Counted from the stretch's first letter, positions 43,851 through 59,141 are shown. The stretch: DNA of 64,000 nt from the human T2T-CHM13v2.0 reference genome, Homo sapiens (GCF_009914755.1 NC_060947.1), one strand, 5' to 3'. The notes: generated by a model from the sequence alone, not told the origin. Numbers and translations are program-made.

Positions 43851-44895
43851 GTTCTATTTAAGTTACTGGAGAAATCTCCAAACTGCTTTCCACAGTGACT
43901 GAACTAATTTACATTCCCAACAACAGTGTATAAGCATTCCTTTTTCTCCATAGTGTTACCAACATGTTATTTTTTCACCTTGTAATAATACTCAATGAAT
44001 ACCCTTTGACTTAGCAATCCCATTCCTAGAAACATAGGTTATGCAAATAGTCACTGATGGGTGCAAAGATTTAATTGTATGTTCTTCCAAGTTTTGTTTA
44101 TTCACAGTGAAGAGGTGGACAGACACTGAATATCCCAAATGGAGAATTGGGGTAAAACTAAAAGTAGTTGAAAGCCAATGCAACTATTTCATGATAGTGT
44201 TCCAGGAAAACTAATGAGAGAGGGGGTCACCAGTGTAATACATGAATTAACAAAAGAAGTCAAAATGATTTTGTGTATGTAAACATAGCTGCAGATACAC
44301 AGCTACAGATACAGATACAGTCATAGATATAACTATAAAGATGTATGCCCAATAGATAACAGTGGTGCAATTACAAGTAATTTAATTCTTTCTTTGCACA
44401 TGTCTGTCTGTATTAAATATATTTTTAAATGACAACCAGTAGTAACTGTAGTGGAGAAACCTGACAAATACTCCTTCAGCTGGGTGATCAACGTCAAGGT
44501 CAACAGAAATAAGTGATGTTGGTGGGACGCTTCTTTGCTAGGATGTGATTAATACCGTACTTTACCTCTGCCTTTCTTTAAAAAACCTATAACCCTAGCC
44601 TAAACATGAGAAAACCATCAGAAAAATTGCAACTAAGGGTCATTCTACAAAGAAACCTGAGCTGTACTCTCCAAAACTGTCAAGATCATTGAAAACAAGG
44701 AAAGTCTGAGAAACTGCCACAGTTAAAAGGAACCTAAGAGGAAAAGATGATTAAAGATGTAGGGTACCCTGAAAGAGACCCTGGAACAGAAAGAGACTGT
44801 TAGGCAAAAAGGAAGGAACTCTAAATAATATACGGATGTTAGTTAATGATAGTGTAACAGTTTGGGTTAATTAATTGTGACAAATATACGAAACA
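43850..44895. mobile_element. Mixed ancient L1 fragments in both orientations
   Basis: aaatctccaaactgctttccacagtg (minus); gcaatcccattcctag and aggaaagtctgagaaactg (plus). Confidence 0.65.
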
Positions 44896-45441
44896 CTGTG
44901 CAGAGATGAACTTTGTGAGGGGAAGGAACTTCACCATAATGAGTCTGTTTTCTAGAGTTAAAGAGCTTTCCAGTTTCAGCCCCTTCATTCCATCTTCCTA
45001 CTCTTCCCCCACTGCCCACAAAGGTGCATAAGGGGGTGGTCTCATTTGAAATTAAAATCGACCCCGGAGTCTACAACAGGCATCTTTTATAAACTTTCAG
45101 TCTGAACTGTGTGAAGTTTTGTTTCCCATCCCCATCCATAAATAGCTGTCTGTAGTAATTTCTCTCCATTCCTGTGCCCCCTTTTGAACTCCAATATCAA
45201 CTAGCAGTTGTAGGAATAGGGCGGGAGACACTTCTTGTATCTTAATTATAATTTCCTATAACATATCACAGATCAGGTGAGCTGGCATCTGTCCTTCCTT
45301 AACCTTCTTCTGGGCTGGGGACAAACCAAGGCTTGGCTGCATCTCTGACCTCCCAGCTGGTGCAAGTCCCAGCCCACGATGATGTCACAGTGCTGTGGTT
45401 ATGCATATCTGTGATATCAGGGGTGTTTAGGCGATGAACTG

Positions 45442-45804
45442 TGTATTAGTCTGTTCTCAAGCTGCTAATAAAGACATAGCCAAGACTGGGTAATTTATAA
45501 AGGAAAAAGGTTTAATTGACTCACAGTTCCACATGACTGGGGAGGCCTCAAAATCATGGCAGAGGAGCAAGGGATGTCTTACAGGGTGGCAGGCAAGAAG
45601 AGAGAATGAGAGCCAAGTGGAAGGGGTTTATCCCTTATAAAATAATCAGATCTTGTGAGACTTATCCACTACCACAGAACAGTATGGGAGAAACTTCCCC
45701 CATGATTCAGTTATTTCCCACTGAGTTCCTCCCACAACACATGGGAATTATGGGAGCTACAATGCAAGATGAGATTTTGGTGGGGACACAGCCAAACCAT
45801 ATCA
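45442..45804 (-). mobile_element. THE1 solo LTR (THE1C-like)
   Basis: TGTATTAGTCTGTTCTC...CCAAACCATATCA; TSD AACTG. Confidence 0.92.
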
Positions 45805-46559
45805 AACTGTGATGCTTGAAATTAGGAAAATGTACCCTCTGATGCATCTCGAATTTTGGCTATGAATATTTTCACAGTTGCTGAAGCACATGGCTGAAAC
45901 GCTTTCCCAAAGAGTTGTGCCAGTTTCTACTCCAAACAGCATTAGAGGTAGGAGCATTTTTTCTTAAATTGCATTTAGGAACAGATAGGAGGGGTAGAAG
46001 TTCGAGGAGAGGGCAAATAGCTGTCAAGTAATGGAAAGAATATTGGAGCATGTTTCAGGTGAATGAACTTTAGTCCCTGGGCTCTCTGCACCATGATGGT
46101 ATCTTCATTCAGGCCAGTGACTGTGAGGTTCTGTGTTTTCTTTTACAAAGAGGAATCTGGACCTGCTGCCTCCAAAGTTGCCTCTGGTTCTGAAATTTTA
46201 TGGCTACGATTCTATCACAAAATTCACAACGATGCTGGAGTGGTTCTGCTGTGACCAAAGGGGGAGTTAAATCATCGTAAACCCAAAAGGATGCATAATG
46301 GAATTATCATAGGATTTGAATTATGTACTTATTATTTGCCATGTAAGGGCATGCTTTTGGGAGACATGACTGGATCCAAAAATGTGAAACGTGTTGGGTT
46401 TCGTTGGGTAGTCCTGACTGATTTATTCATTCAATTAAAAATGGGTTTAGCATCCTGTCTGTATTTGGAGTCGATATTACCTTGAAGGAACAGAAGAGAG
46501 AAGAAAAAAGAAGAAAAAGACGACAAATGAAGGGGAAGGAAAGGAGGAGAGATTGAAGC

Positions 46560-46806
46560 ATCGTGTGGAAATGGGGATAAGAGGCTGTGCGTCAAGGAAT
46601 GAGGGTAGCCTCTAGAAATTGGAATAGACCAAAGAATAATCTCCCCTAGAGCCTCCAAAAGGAATGATATCCCGCCAATACCTTGATTTTAGCCCAGTGA
46701 TAGCATGTCAGAATCTTGACCTCAAGACTGTAAGATAATAAATTTGTGTTGTTTTAAGCTGGCAAATGCATGGTGCTTTTCTACAGAAGCAGTAAAATAC
46801 TAATAG
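46560..46806 (+). mobile_element. MLT1 LTR 3' part
   Basis: ctcccctagagcctcc...ccttgattttagccc...aataaatttgtgttgttttaagc. Confidence 0.75.
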
Positions 46807-47437
46807 AGTTTAGCTCTCTGATGAATGGTTTCTGTCCCCTTATGAGAAAACTCCCATTTCTGTAAAGGAACAAAACTCTAGAAATCAGTCTTGATGAGGA
46901 CTGGCCGTTTCTACTTATCCAGATGAATGGATTCGTGCAGTTCTGGTCAGGACGGATCACCAGGGAAATTTCCTGGCTCCACGCCCTGTTCAGAATTCCT
47001 TGGAGTTAGCAGGTACAAGAATTTACTGTCCTTGATGGTACCTTGTGTTGCATCGGATTTCTTAATTAAAGACGAGATATTTTAATACAAAAATGATACG
47101 TTAAAGTGACGACATCGTTTAGCCTTAATACGTGATCAAATGTGGAGCATGTTTTTTCTTAAATGGTTAAAAATTCTGTTAAAATTTTCCTAGATGTTCT
47201 TTTATACACAGCCTCAGCTACAAATTTATGTATTTCTAAAGCAAAGGAAGGTTTCTCTTTAGATTAAGGTCATTTCTCTTCTCTTTTCCTTTTCTTCTCC
47301 TACAATGCACATACGCATATATTGGTAATTTGTATCATACAAGAGTATGAATTGAGAATGTTTAAATGGTAATTTTCATACAATAAAAAAAGAAGAAATA
47401 AGACTGTGAATAATCAACTGGACACAATAATAGAAAA

Positions 47438-47810
47438 CAGTAGTTGCTAAGCTGTAGTCGCCAGACCAGAAGGTTGATGATCTGGGAATTTGTTTAAAAG
47501 GCACATTTTTAGCTGAGGCAGGCGGGTTGCTGGAGGCCAGGCATTTGAGAGCAGCCTGGGCAACAGAGGGTGACTGCATCTCTACAAAAAATTTTTAAAA
47601 GTTAGCTGGGCATGGTGGTGAAACCTATAATTCCAGCTACCTGGGAGGTTGAGGTTGGAGGATCTCCTGAGCCCAGGACTTGGAGGCTGCAATAAGCTAT
47701 GATTGCGCCACTACGCTTTAGCCTGGGCGACAGAGTGAGACCCTGTCTCTAAATAATAAAACAAAGGCACGTTTTCAAATCTCTGCCCAGACTTCCGCAG
47801 AGAAGCTATA
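47438..47810 (+). mobile_element. MER5-like relic with a 5'-truncated AluJ (47511-47762)
   Basis: TSD AAAGGCAC(A/G)TTT around the Alu. Confidence 0.8.
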
Positions 47811-48197
47811 GAATTCAGACATAGAATGAATCTTGGCTATAAGGCAGAACCATGTGATTGCTTCAAAGATGAGGTCAAATACTGCATCCATGCAACGGCA
47901 GAGATCTAAGGGTTTTTAAGGTTTCCACCCACTCCCACCTCCAAAATTCCTATTGTACTAGAGTTATCCTTTTTATTTGGCCTTTAAGAATAAAAAATTA
48001 TATATATATATATATGTGTGTGTGTGTATGTGTATATATATTACACACATTTATGTATATATTTTATACACACACACATATGTATATCTTACTATTGGAA
48101 GTGTAATTCTTGAAAGAGAGCTTGTAGAAAATGCCAAATTTCAGGATGCAAACTGGACCTATTATGGAATCTGCATTTGAGTTTTCCAGGTGACTCA

Positions 48198-48561
<364 letters not shown>

Positions 48562-49029
48562 CTAAGATATGTGTCTTCTTATTTATTTTTATTTTATTTT
48601 GAAGAACTGCAAAGAGAGGAAAATCTTTAAAGTGATCATTATCACTACCTAATTTCTTGTGTTTTAAAAATCAATAATTTACTATTGTATTAGTTTACTT
48701 TTTTTTTAAAGCAGTAGGGAGAAAGCCCCATTTTCCCTGTTTTATATCTACAAATATGATACAGAATGAAAAAAAATCATTTTTTGACATTTGAAAACAT
48801 TTTTCCTGATGTTAATTATTAAATTAAAGGATTCCAGCTGGTAGTTTCACTGGTGATCATTTTTCCTTTTTTCCAAATTGTCGAAGAATAAACCTACCCA
48901 AGTGGATACCTTGATTTGATACCTGGGGTTAGCAAAGTTTCAAGTCCCATCACAATGACAGGAGAGTATTTATTCTCACTGTTGGTGGCATTATACTCAT
49001 TCATACATTTACCATGCCTTCCAGATTTT

Positions 49030-50115
49030 TCCTCTTCCTGTAAATCAATCAGGGTAATGTCATCAGAGCAGAACTCCTAGAAAACGTATGTGTGTGTATA
49101 TATGTACATATGTGTGTGTGTATATATGTATATATGTGTGTATATATGTGTGTTTATATATATATATATATATGTATGTATAATATATTTGTTACAGAGA
49201 TTTCACTTTAACAACTTAAGGAACTGTTTGAGCTGCCTACCTAAGCCTGTTGTCTTTGCAAATTTAATGCTGGAGCCAAACGTCTATAGGGCAGGTGGTT
49301 AGGAAGGGAAGATGCCCGTGAAGTGGGAGAGATTGGGAACAGTCTGGAGTCCACAAGTGGGACTTGCAGCCATACAAAGATGGTGCTGCTACGGTCTGAA
49401 TATTTCCATTTCCTCAAAATTTACATGTTGAAATCCTCATCCCCATAGTGATGGTATTAGAAGGTGGGGCATTTGCCAAGTGATGAGGTCATGCAGGTGG
49501 AGCCTCATCAATTGGATGAGTGTCCTTGTAAAAGAGACCCCAGAGTGCTCCCTTACTCCTTTGACCAGATGAGGACACAAGAAGAAGGAGCCATCTATGG
49601 ACCAGTGGGTCCTCATCAGACACAGAATCTATCAGTGCTTTGATCCTCAACACCCAGCCTCCAGACCTGTGAAAATTAAGTTTCTGTTGTTTCCAAGCTC
49701 CAAGTCCATAGTATTTTATTTAACATCCCAAATGGACTAAGACAAATGGACTAAAACATATGTCTTATCGTTGCCTCTGACCTTGGTAATGAAGAACTGC
49801 AGAACTGCAGAATCCAGAAGCCTGCCTTACAGAGCTAAACACACACACCTGGCTTAGGAATCAGAGATGCCAAAGGAGGATCCAGGAACAGGTGGGGCAG
49901 TTGCAGACCTGGCTGCTGCTTCCTGCTAACAAGGTGATTCAGCACATCTGTGACTAAGTGTGTGACCTGCAAAGTGGCTGCTGCTTTCTTTCTACATTCC
50001 TCGTCCTCCAAGAATCTCCCTTGCGGAAATTCATGCAGAAAGGGGAAATATGTAAGAAAGAGAGTTCTTGGAAATTTAATTCAGCAAAGCCAAATTAACA
50101 CATTACAAAGCCACT
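49030..50115 (-). mobile_element. Old ERVL LTR (MLT2-related) containing a (TG)/(TA) repeat and an MLT1A insertion
   Basis: MLT2-like terminus aaattaacacattacaaagccact; (TG/TA)n at 49088-49185. Confidence 0.45.
49384..49744 (+). mobile_element. MLT1A-like LTR
   Basis: tgctacggtctgaat...ggactaagaca; TSD GATGG/AATGG. Confidence 0.85.
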
Positions 50116-51187
50116 GACGTCTATCCACTCCTCGCTGACTTCTCCGAGTTTATACAGCATTTAATGACCTGGATCTCACCATTTCATATGGGTAAATTGA
50201 AACTTAACCAAACCCAAACTTTCTTGCTCTGACTCAAGTGACCTTTCAGAATCCAAACCATGTAAAAATGCCCAAATAAATGTCCTATGATAGGACCATG
50301 TTTTCCCAACTTATGTGTCCAGTTCTGATCCTTAAAGAGACTTCACTAAAACTCATGTCTCCTTTAAATCCTAAGATAGCTACAGCTGGATGATTTTAGG
50401 TTATAACTTTTGGATTGAAATTATAGAATGATGGAAGGGGCAATATGAACATTTATATGCAAAAGGGTTCAAGGCAGAAAATGACTGGGTAATCAGAATT
50501 CAACTCCTAGTTCTTCATTTGGTCCATTTGAAAAATCGGGCCTCTTTGTCCTACTCTCCAGGGAAATACCTGATACACATCCAGTTTCAAAGAGGAGATG
50601 TTAAGAAATGCCTTCCTCTAAATTCACTAGATGTATTCATTTCTGGACACTGACCTTATTCCTCTATCAGACCATTTAACATTTTCCCTTTAAGTACATG
50701 TTTATCTTTTTCCTCTGAAAAGAAAAAAAAAAAGCTCTTTTCTTTGGTTAGTAAGTAGCTGGAGGGTGGATAATTACTCTGTATGTATTTAGTCGCAAGT
50801 ATCATTAGAATTCTGAATTAAAAATAAGATTAATGATTTAATTTCAATCTTGTCAGGATGACCCATTTAAAAAATACTGATGTGATATAATGCTATAAAA
50901 GATTTAAGCATAATTTATTGATAAAACCATTACAACTGGAATGAGAGAGCTATTTGTCTACATAATGGTTCCTGAAATCACAGATAGTACTTTCCCATTA
51001 TTCCACTGCAACATTTATAATTCCTTTTTAGATTTACCATTTTTTCAAACAACCACATATGGTACTTATTATATGCCAGGAAGTGTTCAAAGGGTCTTAC
51101 AAATACTAACTCATTTAGTCCTCACAATGACTTAACAAAGCAGCACTATTGCCTTCCCTACATTGTGCATAAGAAAATGGCAGCATG

Positions 51188-51583
<396 letters not shown>

Positions 51584-52146
51584 CTAACCATGGCTCCATA
51601 TTGTTTCTGCATTGTAGATAAACCAGTGAGAACTTGGACTGATGGCAGTAGTTAATGCACCTTTGCATTTGAGAAAGTAGCTGGGTGGCAAGATTATTGG
51701 TGTGAAAAATTCTCAAATATATAAAATTCATATTTCTCATAAATCAAACATTGCATAAATTTTCTCTTCCTTGGGATTTATATAAATTTAGGTGTAGAAA
51801 GTTAATGTAGAAGTTGCACTTTTGGCTAAGAGGGGGTAAACAGGCAATTACCTTCCCATCAGAAAGAAACAAAGACGATATGTGAAACTATGGTTTTTAA
51901 GACACTGGATATCAATCAAAAGATAAGTGATTCCAGAAAGAGAGCTAATAAATGAGGTGAATACTTTTTATTGCATAGCTCCCACATTGAGAGAGATTCC
52001 AGGCAATGGTATGAGGAGGGGAACTTACACAGAACCAGTGGACTGTCTGATTTGAAGTGATGAACCTGGTAGTTTAGAGAGAACAAGGCAGCTAGAATTT
52101 GAAGCACAGGGTTACAGGAGAGAAGAGAGATGTACAGAGAACTGCC

Positions 52147-52191
<45 letters not shown>

Positions 52192-52631
52192 CCTGCATGC
52201 AGAGTGTCCCTGTTGAGTATTTAACCAATTGCTGATGCAGCATGCATATGAGAAAATTACACAAGGATGGAGATATAAACATCCAAAAGAATCAGCACAC
52301 TGTTCAAGGTTCACAAAGGGCTGTAAATGATGCCTGTTTTCACCAGCCAGAAGGAAAAAAAATTCCCTAAATACATGAGACACTGTATAAAGTTTTGAGG
52401 TTGGTCTTGCTTTAGTAAGGAAGAAAAGATTAGCAACAACCTGAGTTCTAATCAGGTCCTGCCTAACAAACCTGAAAAGCAAGACTCTAAGAGATCAATC
52501 TCATTCAAAATTCCTTAACTCAAGCGCAGAATAAAACCTAAGAAATTTTAGAGGAATAAAAAAAAAACAAAAACCCAACCCCCAAAGTGGTAAAATTCAC
52601 TGTCTCTGGCATTCAAAGCTTACAGCATTTG

Positions 52632-52871
52632 GGCCTGTCGCAGTGTTGGAGACCAGCCTGGCCAACATGGTGAAACCCCGTCTCTACTAAAAATACAAAA
52701 TTTAGCTGGGTGTGGTGGCTGGCGCCTGTAGTCCCAACTACTCAGGAGGTTGAGGGAAGAGAATCGCTTGAAGCCGGGGGAGGCAGAGGTTGCAGTCAGC
52801 CAAGATCGCACTACTGCACTTCAGCCTGGGTGAAAAGCAAGACTCTGTCTCAAAAAAAAGAAGAAGGAAAA
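52632..52871 (+). mobile_element. AluS with internal left-arm deletion
   Basis: TSD AAAGCTTAC(A/T)GCATTT; Alu start jumps directly to the B box. Confidence 0.85.
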
Positions 52872-53036
52872 AAAGCTTACTGCATTTGAATGAATAGCAA
52901 TGGAAACTGTCTAAAATGAAACACACAGAAGAAAAAAAAAGTAAAAACGAAAAGAACATCAGTGAGCTGTGGGACAACTTCAAGTATCCTAATGGGTGAG
53001 TAATTGGAATACTCAAAGGAAAAGAAAGGGGAGCAG

Positions 53037-53049
53037 ACACACACACACA

Positions 53050-53090
<41 letters not shown>
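53037..53090. repeat. (AC)n microsatellite, about 27 units with one interruption
   Basis: Seen directly. Confidence 0.95.
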
Positions 53091-53092
<2 letters not shown>

Positions 53093-53437
53093 CAAGAAAT
53101 AATGGCCAGAAATTTTCAAAAAATTTGAAAAAGCTATCAGCCTATTGACACAGTAATCTCAACCAACTCTAAGCACAAGGAAGCTGAGAAAAACTTTGCC
53201 AAGGCACATCATAATCAAACTGCTCAAAACTAGTGATAAAGACAAAATATAACTATTAGCCAGAGGAAAAAAACACATTATGTATAGAGGAGCAAAGATA
53301 AGAATAACTTTGGATTTCTTGTCACTAATAATGTAAGCAAAAAGAGAAGAAACATACTTACGGTACTTCTAATAAGTATCTATATTTTTGCTGGTTATAG
53401 AAGTCTATACTTATTACAGGTGATAAGTCTATACTTA

Positions 53438-53746
<309 letters not shown>

Positions 53747-56076
53747 TCTATACTTATTACAGATAATAAGTACAGTCTTCTATACCCAGCAAAAATATCT
53801 TCAAATCAAACAACAGTGAAGAAAAGACACTTCTAAACATTTAAAACCAGAAATAATTCATGATCAGCAGACATGCAGTACAATGCATGTCCAAAGAATT
53901 CCTTTAGGCAGAGGGATTGATATTAGATGGAAATTTCAATTGTACACAAAAGCAGGAGAAGCAGCAGAAATGGTAGATAATTGATAAAACTATAAGACTT
54001 TTATCTTTTTATGTGTTTTAAACAGATAATTGATTAAAGAAATATAGGAATGTATTGTGAGGTTTATAAGATATTTAGAAGTAAAATGCATTACAACGAT
54101 AGCATATTCTGGGAAGGAAAAGTGGATGTATACTATCATATAACATTGCACAAAAGGCAGCACAAGGAAAGAAAACAACAGACTGATATTCCTCATAACC
54201 ATAGAGACAACATTTCTAAATGCATTTTTAGCAAATTGTAGCAAAACTACATAAAAAGATTATTAAATCATGACCAGGAGGGATAATTCTAAAAATATAA
54301 GGTTGTTTTAACATTCAAACCAACCAATGCCATATTAACATTAAACAAAATTGCCTTAATATTTGAATAAAAATAATTATTGAAATTCAGCATCCACTCC
54401 TGATTTTTAAAAATTGTTATCAAAATTAGAAAAGGAATCAATTTTCTCAACTTGATAAAGAGCATCTACATAAAACCTGCAACTAATAACATAATGGTGA
54501 ATTATTCTTTCCCTCCACCCACAAGTTGGAAACAAGACAAGTATGTCTGCTCTCACAACTTCTACTCACCATTGTACTGGAGATTGTAGCCAGTAAAATA
54601 AGGAAAACGAAAATTCTCCAGATTGGAAAGGAAGAGTCAAAACTGTCTTCCTTTGCAGATGACATGGTCATCCATGTAGAAGATCTGACTGAATATACCA
54701 AACAGTTACTATAATTATTAAGTGCATTTAGAAACATTTCAAGATAAAGATCAATAGACAAAAAATAAATTGTATTTCTATATCCTAGCAATGAGCATTT
54801 GAAAACTGAAATTAAGAAAACAAAACAACAACCACATCAACAATATGAAATTCTTAGGGATAATTCCTACAGAAGATGTTCAAGAAAGTCTTGTGCACTG
54901 AAAACTACAAAACTTTACTGAGAAGTTAAAGAAAACCTTAATCAATGGGGAGATATACTTTGCTCATGGTTGGGAAGACTCAGTGTGGTCAAGATATTGG
55001 TTCTGCCCACATTGATTGATAGATTCAACACAATCCCAGTCAAAATCCCAGCTAATTTTTTTCTCAAAATTGACAAGCTTATTCTACAATTTATTTGTAA
55101 ATTTTAAAAACCTGGAATAGCTACAAAAAATAAAAAAAGAACAAATTTGAAGGTCTAACACTACTTAATTTCAAGATATACATAAGCTATAGTAATCAAG
55201 ACATCACAATATTGCCATGAAGATGGACAAACAGATCAAGGAAACAGAGTAGATACTTGAGAAACAGACCCACAAATACACAAAAACTTCACTTCTACAC
55301 ATAAATACACACACACACACACACGCACACAAAGAGTTAACTGGACATTTGCAGGACACGAGGAGCAGGTATTTGGAATATATGCCACGAGCCTATTTTT
55401 TAGGCTTCTGTGCAGATGAAATAATCAATACTGTTTCCAACTAAGCCTATATTTCTTCTCAACAAAGAATATAATGTAGCCATTTCTAGCTGATCATAGA
55501 TTGACATTGGACAAATCAAAGTTGGCATCTCTGATGTTGACCAACTCATGTCTCATCTTAGAGGTGATAAAGTCAAGGCACAGGTAGTTGATAGTAATTA
55601 GAAGAATATTCAGGACAAGAAGTCGATAGCTTAATTCCAATCCAGAGTCCTCTACATGACAGGCCAGAAGATAGACTGAATGGGTATATAAGACTATGGG
55701 GGATGGGTGCAGAGTATGATGCAGGCAAAAATAAAAAGCTAAATTGTCTAAAATTAGACTTGTACCACAGAATACTTTGATTCGATCCATTTTCAAATTT
55801 GATGACCTATGATATTTATGATCTAATATATTGAACATGTTAAATAAGAAATTCTAATTATATTTTAGCAGAAAGTATATATCAAGCAAATTGTATTCCC
55901 TTTTCTGTTTTATTGATTTATCATATCATCTAAATGATTTTCCAATTCTCTAAAAACATAAATTTAAGATTAAGTTGTGTCTGTATACATATTTTTCCTT
56001 AATAGACTCCCTGTCAATAATCTATTTTCAAATGATGAATCTTGGTAAATATACTTAAACTCTTTTTGTAAAAAAA

Positions 56077-56361
<285 letters not shown>

Positions 56362-57489
56362 TTGAACTCATTTTTAAGAGAAATTAAGATATACAGTGAA
56401 TATATGTCATGACAGTCCTATATGCACTCATAATTCATTAACAATTTATATCCATTTATAATATTTTCATAATAAAATTCAATTTTAATTATTTTTTGTA
56501 ATAGAAAATTGGGAAGATAGGAATTAGGGCAGAGTATACATCCTAACTTTTTTAGGGTCTGATTGCTTAAAACCCTAAATATTTGCCTCTTTCTTATGAA
56601 TCTTGCTAAATAAAAAATTGGGAGTTTTGATCAGTGAAGATTTTTACCATACTTACACATTGCTAACCATTGGCAACAGAAAATTTATCAGAAAGCTTTT
56701 TATGTTGCATTGATAGGAACAGTTAAAAATATGAATTAAAATACTTTCATTGCAAGGAGATTTAAAAAATGATTTACTAACAATCTGTTATCAATTATAC
56801 CCATGATAAACTCATAGGTGCTTTTAAGAGTATATTTTACAGCAGGAAACATACTTCAGACAGCTCTTACTCATTTAAAAATTCTTATGAACTATCCAGG
56901 CTAGACATAGGGGCTACGTGGAGACAGAATATTTGGTTAAATATGTGCTTTTTTAATGACAGTTCGGGTCAGGTCATTACTTGGAACAACAATACATGTA
57001 AATTGGCAACAGGGACTTAGGTGAGACAGCCGTTCCCTCCTCCTGAGATTAATTGAACATAAAATTACCTTACCTGAGAGTGAAATATATTATCAGCAAG
57101 CCAAATAATTCTCCATCAGGTTTTCATTTGTTTATAAAAACAGTAATAAAGCATTTCACTCTAAAAGCCTAATACTCACTATGCTCAATTATAGAGGAGA
57201 TAATTTAACAACCCATGTCATCAGTAATGAAAAAATCAAGGTAGCTTTGTGCATTTTTGCAACGCAAATACTGAGCGTGTTGGTCTGTGTATTTCCAACA
57301 GTGTACAAAAGTTACATTCAAGAGAGTATCAGTGGTTTGAAAACTGCTTGGATTAGCTGAAATCTCCAAAAGACAAAGGAATACCCACAAGTCAACTGCA
57401 GTATTGGCCCTAAATGGTCCCACCATTTCTGATTCTTTTGATCAAAAAAGCAACCTTTTATAATGAAAATGCATGAGGAGCCTCCCCTC

Positions 57490-58830
57490 TAAAAATATTG
57501 TTTTCATTTGCATTCCTTTCACTGTGAGTAAAGTTCAACCTCTTTTCATATGCTTAAGGTCATTTGTTTTTTCTAATTTGATTTTTTTTAACTTTTATTT
57601 TATGTTCAGGGGTACAAGTTCAGATTTATTGTATGGGTAAACTTATGTCATGGGAGTTCGTGGTACAGATTATTTCATACCCCAGGCATTAAGCCAAATA
57701 CCCATTAGCTATTTTTCCCGATCCTTTCCCTCCTCCTTCCCTCCACCTTCTGAAAGGCCCCAGTGTGTGTTGTTCCTCTCTATGTGTCCATGTGTTCTCA
57801 TCATTCAGCTCCCACTTATAAGTGAGAACATGCGGTATTTGATTTTCTATCCCTGTGTTAGTTTGTTAAAAGGTCTTTTTGTTAGTTATTTATTTGTGCT
57901 TTTTGCCTGTTCTTAAAAACATGTCTCTTTCCTCCTTGTTTTTTCAAATAAGTTTCTATATATCGAGAATATTAGCCACTTATCCATTATAAACCCTGCA
58001 AATATCTCCACATTATTTGTCACTAGCTTTTTACTTAACTTATGACATTTTATGCAATGTAGAGTTTTTAAAAATGTACTCACATTTATCAGTCTTCTTT
58101 TATTGATATGGGTTCTGTGTCATAAAAAGCCATTTTCCTCCATCCAGGTCATAGAAAAAAATTTCCAGCTTTCCTGCTAGTTCTTTTGTAGTTCATTTTT
58201 TAAAAAAACTTTAAAACTTTAGATATATGTTCCATTGGGGATTCTTTTTTGATATGGTGTGATGGGTGGATCTAAATTTACCTTTTCTTAAATGGCTGCA
58301 CACATTTGTCTTAATACCATTTTTTAAAAAGTCCACTATTGTCCAAATGATGTGAGGTCTAACTTCATCCTATACTACATTTCTATATATCCTTGGCTCT
58401 ATTTCTTTACTTTCTATTCTATTCCATTACTTTCTTTATTCTTATGCCAGTTTGATAATCTTTTCTTTTTTTTCTTTCTTTCTTTTTTTTTTTTTTGAGA
58501 CAGAGTCTCCCTCTGTCACCCAGGCTGGAGTGTAGTGGCACGATCTGCAACCTCCACCTCCTGGGTTCAAGCAATTCTCACGCCTCAGCCTTGAGAGTAG
58601 CTTGTGCCACCACGCCCTGCTAATTTTCGTATTTTTAGTAGAGATGGGATTTCACCATTTTGCCCAGGCTGGTCTCAAACTCCTGACCTAAAGCAATCCA
58701 CCTGCCTCATCCTCCCAAAGTGCTCGGATTACAGGAGTGAGCCACCACACCGGCCAATAGTCTTGATAGTGAATTTGTTGCATATTTTAATATCCAGTGT
58801 GATGAGGCTGCCCTCATGAGTCTTCATCTT
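57490..58830 (-). mobile_element. Ancient L1ME fragments with nested L1P 3' end (about 57575-57868) and a deleted Alu (about 58460-58755)
   Basis: cccacttataagtgagaacatgcggtatttg; flanks AAGGTC(A/T)TTT. Confidence 0.75.
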
Positions 58831-58994
58831 TTTAACCATCCTCACGTAATAAAATACGATGTAGTTAGTCCTTGGTGAAGCATTACCCAGACACTCAGCA
58901 ACTTCAAAACTTGGTAGACCTGGAGGTGCGTGGTGGTTTGGAGTGTCAGTGGGCAACTCCAAGCCACCAAGCCTTTCTAAATGTGGAATGGGAT

Positions 58995-59102
58995 GAGGGA
59001 GAGACAGCGAGAGAGAAAGAGAATGAGAGACCAAGAAAGAGGGAGAGACAGAGAAAGAGAGAGAGAGCGAGAGAGAAAGAGAATGAGAGACCAAGAAAGA
59101 GG

Positions 59103-59140
<38 letters not shown>
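58995..59140. repeat. GA-rich purine tract with a 60-bp tandem duplication
   Basis: 59006-59054 is identical to 59066-59114. Confidence 0.92.
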
Positions 59141-59141
<1 letters not shown>

